A stretch of 11,016 bases of DNA from Paraspadella gotoi (Eukaryota > Animalia > Chaetognatha). Below the pieces are notes generated by a model, which saw only the letters and a program-made list of their open reading frames with translations, had not been told where the DNA came from and ran no database searches. Position numbers and translations under genes: made by a program. Positions 9,723-11,016 of this stretch are shown one piece after another (position 1 is the stretch's first letter; each line of letters opens with the position of its first letter). The stretch spans positions 1-11,016 of the forward strand of contig JBJCIZ010000671.1 in NCBI GenBank assembly GCA_051294375.1. The letters are read 5' to 3'.

Positions 9723-9932
9723 GACCCGCAGTGACCGCCTCCTGTCACTGGCATTCTTCTATACCGGCACCGTCACATTTAAAAGCCAGAACCCGGGATA
9801 CCCAGGGATTGACTACCCGGTACGCCACGGATGAATGAGGATGATTTAGCACCTCTTCAGCCATTGAGACGCAGGCTGAGACGGACAAGCAGATGAGGCA
9901 GCTTTAAGTTCTTCAGCGCCACAACCTCCACC
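9723..9932 (+). repeat. ~200-bp direct repeat, copy 2
   Basis: Starts 505 bp after copy 1 and differs mainly by 1-3 nt indels. Begins with hairpin CAGTGAC-8 nt-GTCACTG (9729-9750). Confidence 0.92.
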
Positions 9933-10231
9933 TAATCATGTATTCAGATCGGGGAATAATACTACTGATATCCGCCACTGTGATTATAACTTGTCACAAA
10001 CGTGGTGAGGCCTGTCCAACCAGAAAGGAGACAAGATAGCTTTATTTATTAAATAAAGAATACTTTTTATATGTCCATATATGTCCATTGGCCAATGTTC
10101 AATTGTTCAACGACCACGATTTCTTATGTAACTTATTATTCTAATCGTTGAGACGTGTGTTCCTACAGAAAAAGCATTATATTTAAAATCAATTAATCTT
10201 TCATGAGCATAATTTCGTTTTTTTCTTTGAT

Positions 10232-10319
10232 CAGAAAAAGAAAGACATACGAAGAGACGAAAAGGAGGCAAAAAAAAAAGAAAAAGGAGGAAAAGAGAGG
10301 AAGAGAGGAAGAGAAAGAG
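10232..10319. repeat. Purine-rich low-complexity tract
   Basis: Almost entirely A/G, with GAGAGGAA-type units and A runs. Confidence 0.75.
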
Positions 10320-10585
10320 TTCTAAATTTTTCAATGTTCATCCCAACAAAAAAAAAATTATTATCTTTTTGCTATATAAAAAAACTCCTGTTTTTATTTA
10401 AACCGACAAACAATGGGGATTAAGTATTACTTTTTCGACGCAGATGAATCCTATGGATCCTTCTCATTCATCTTTTTTCTCGCCGATCTATTCTGCGCTA
10501 AATAATAGTCAAATTAGATACTGAAGAGAGAGTAATGAGTTAGTAATAGAACCATTCAATATAAGCAGTCCCTGAGCTTCGGATC

Positions 10586-10766
10586 NNNNNNNNNNNNNNN
10601 NNNNNNNNNNNNNNNNNNNNNNNNNNNNNNNNNNNNNNNNNNNNNNNNNNNNNNNNNNNNNNNNNNNNNNNNNNNNNNNNNNNNNNNNNNNNNNNNNNNN
10701 NNNNNNNNNNNNNNNNNNNNNNNNNNNNNNNNNNNNNNNNNNNNNNNNNNNNNNNNNNNNNNNNNN
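10586..10766. other. Assembly gap (181 N)
   Basis: Run of N characters. The two ORFs that cross it are artefacts. Confidence 0.99.
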
Positions 10767-10837
10767 CGACCACCGGGCTAGAACCCGGGACCTTTGGGTT
10801 GGGAAGCGAATTCCTTGCCTCCTGTAGCAATGGCCGC
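10767..10837 (-). pseudogene. tRNA-Gly(CCC)-like pseudogene or head of a tRNA-derived SINE, 3' end cut by the gap
   Basis: Minus strand reads GCGGCCA TTGCTACAGGAGGCAAGGAA TTCGC TTCCCAA CCCAA AGGTC CCGGG TTCTAG CCCGG TGGTCG. It has an acceptor stem GCGGCCA/TGGTCG(N), anticodon loop with CCC, variable loop AGGTC and a perfect 5-bp T stem with B-box-like GGTTCTAGCC. The D stem is poor, the anticodon stem pairs 3/5 and the T loop is 6 nt, so a functional tRNA is unlikely. Confidence 0.75.
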
Positions 10838-10922
10838 TGATGAATGGTTGGTGGACTTTAGTCCACCATAATTGATTAGATACAATTAATTTTATACATT
10901 TCAATCTTAAAAGTTAAAGACA

Positions 10923-11006
10923 AGAACAACATCGATTCGCATAACAGCATCGACGCCAAGAACAACATCTCCGAGTAGAACAACATCTCCGAGTAGAACA
11001 ACATCG
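10923..11006 (+). repeat. 18-bp minisatellite, ~4.7 copies, possibly a Ser/Thr/Pro-rich coding exon
   Basis: Units at 10923, 10941, 10959, 10977 and 10995, with AGAACAACATCTCCGAGT twice exact. Strict 18-bp register. One + frame is open to the window end: RTTSIR ITASTP RTTSPS RTTSPS RTTSRTK. Confidence 0.88.
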
Positions 11007-11016
11007 AGAACCAAAA

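Noticed and set aside
9840-9865. Minus-strand CTGAAGA as a hammerhead core in repeat copy 2
   Set aside because: No GAAA follows the putative stem II, and copy 1 lacks the motif.
10286-10299. GGAGGAAAAGAGAG resembling part of the PacBio SMRTbell adapter
   Set aside because: Only a short purine-only match inside a purine-rich tract, without the CAACAACAAC part.
10509-10904. Two ORFs spanning the N run
   Set aside because: Artefacts of translating through the assembly gap.

Overview
AT-rich eukaryotic (probably invertebrate) genomic DNA with CpG-rich islands, spliceosomal signals, microsatellites and a 181-nt assembly gap. I find no intact protein-coding gene, rRNA or CRISPR array, and most listed ORFs look spurious. 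Best-supported features: a ~75-bp tandem repeat (880-1044), a six-copy composite minisatellite that mimics CRISPR (3533-3880), GA and TA microsatellites, a ~200-bp direct repeat pair (9218-9415 / 9723-9932), a degenerate tRNA-Gly(CCC)-like element running into the gap (10767-10837, minus) and an 18-bp minisatellite reading as an RTTSPS repeat at the right end. Several blocks between TA-rich tracts translate, with frameshifts, into motifs that I recognise from memory as resembling an AAA+ ATPase, a Maverick/Polinton integrase N-terminus, an AGC kinase, an HHCC integrase finger and RRP4; all are low-confidence and need HMM searches. Repeat copies differ mostly by small indels, so part of the window may be low-accuracy or chimeric assembly. 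I cannot support a claim of a new biological system from this sequence alone.
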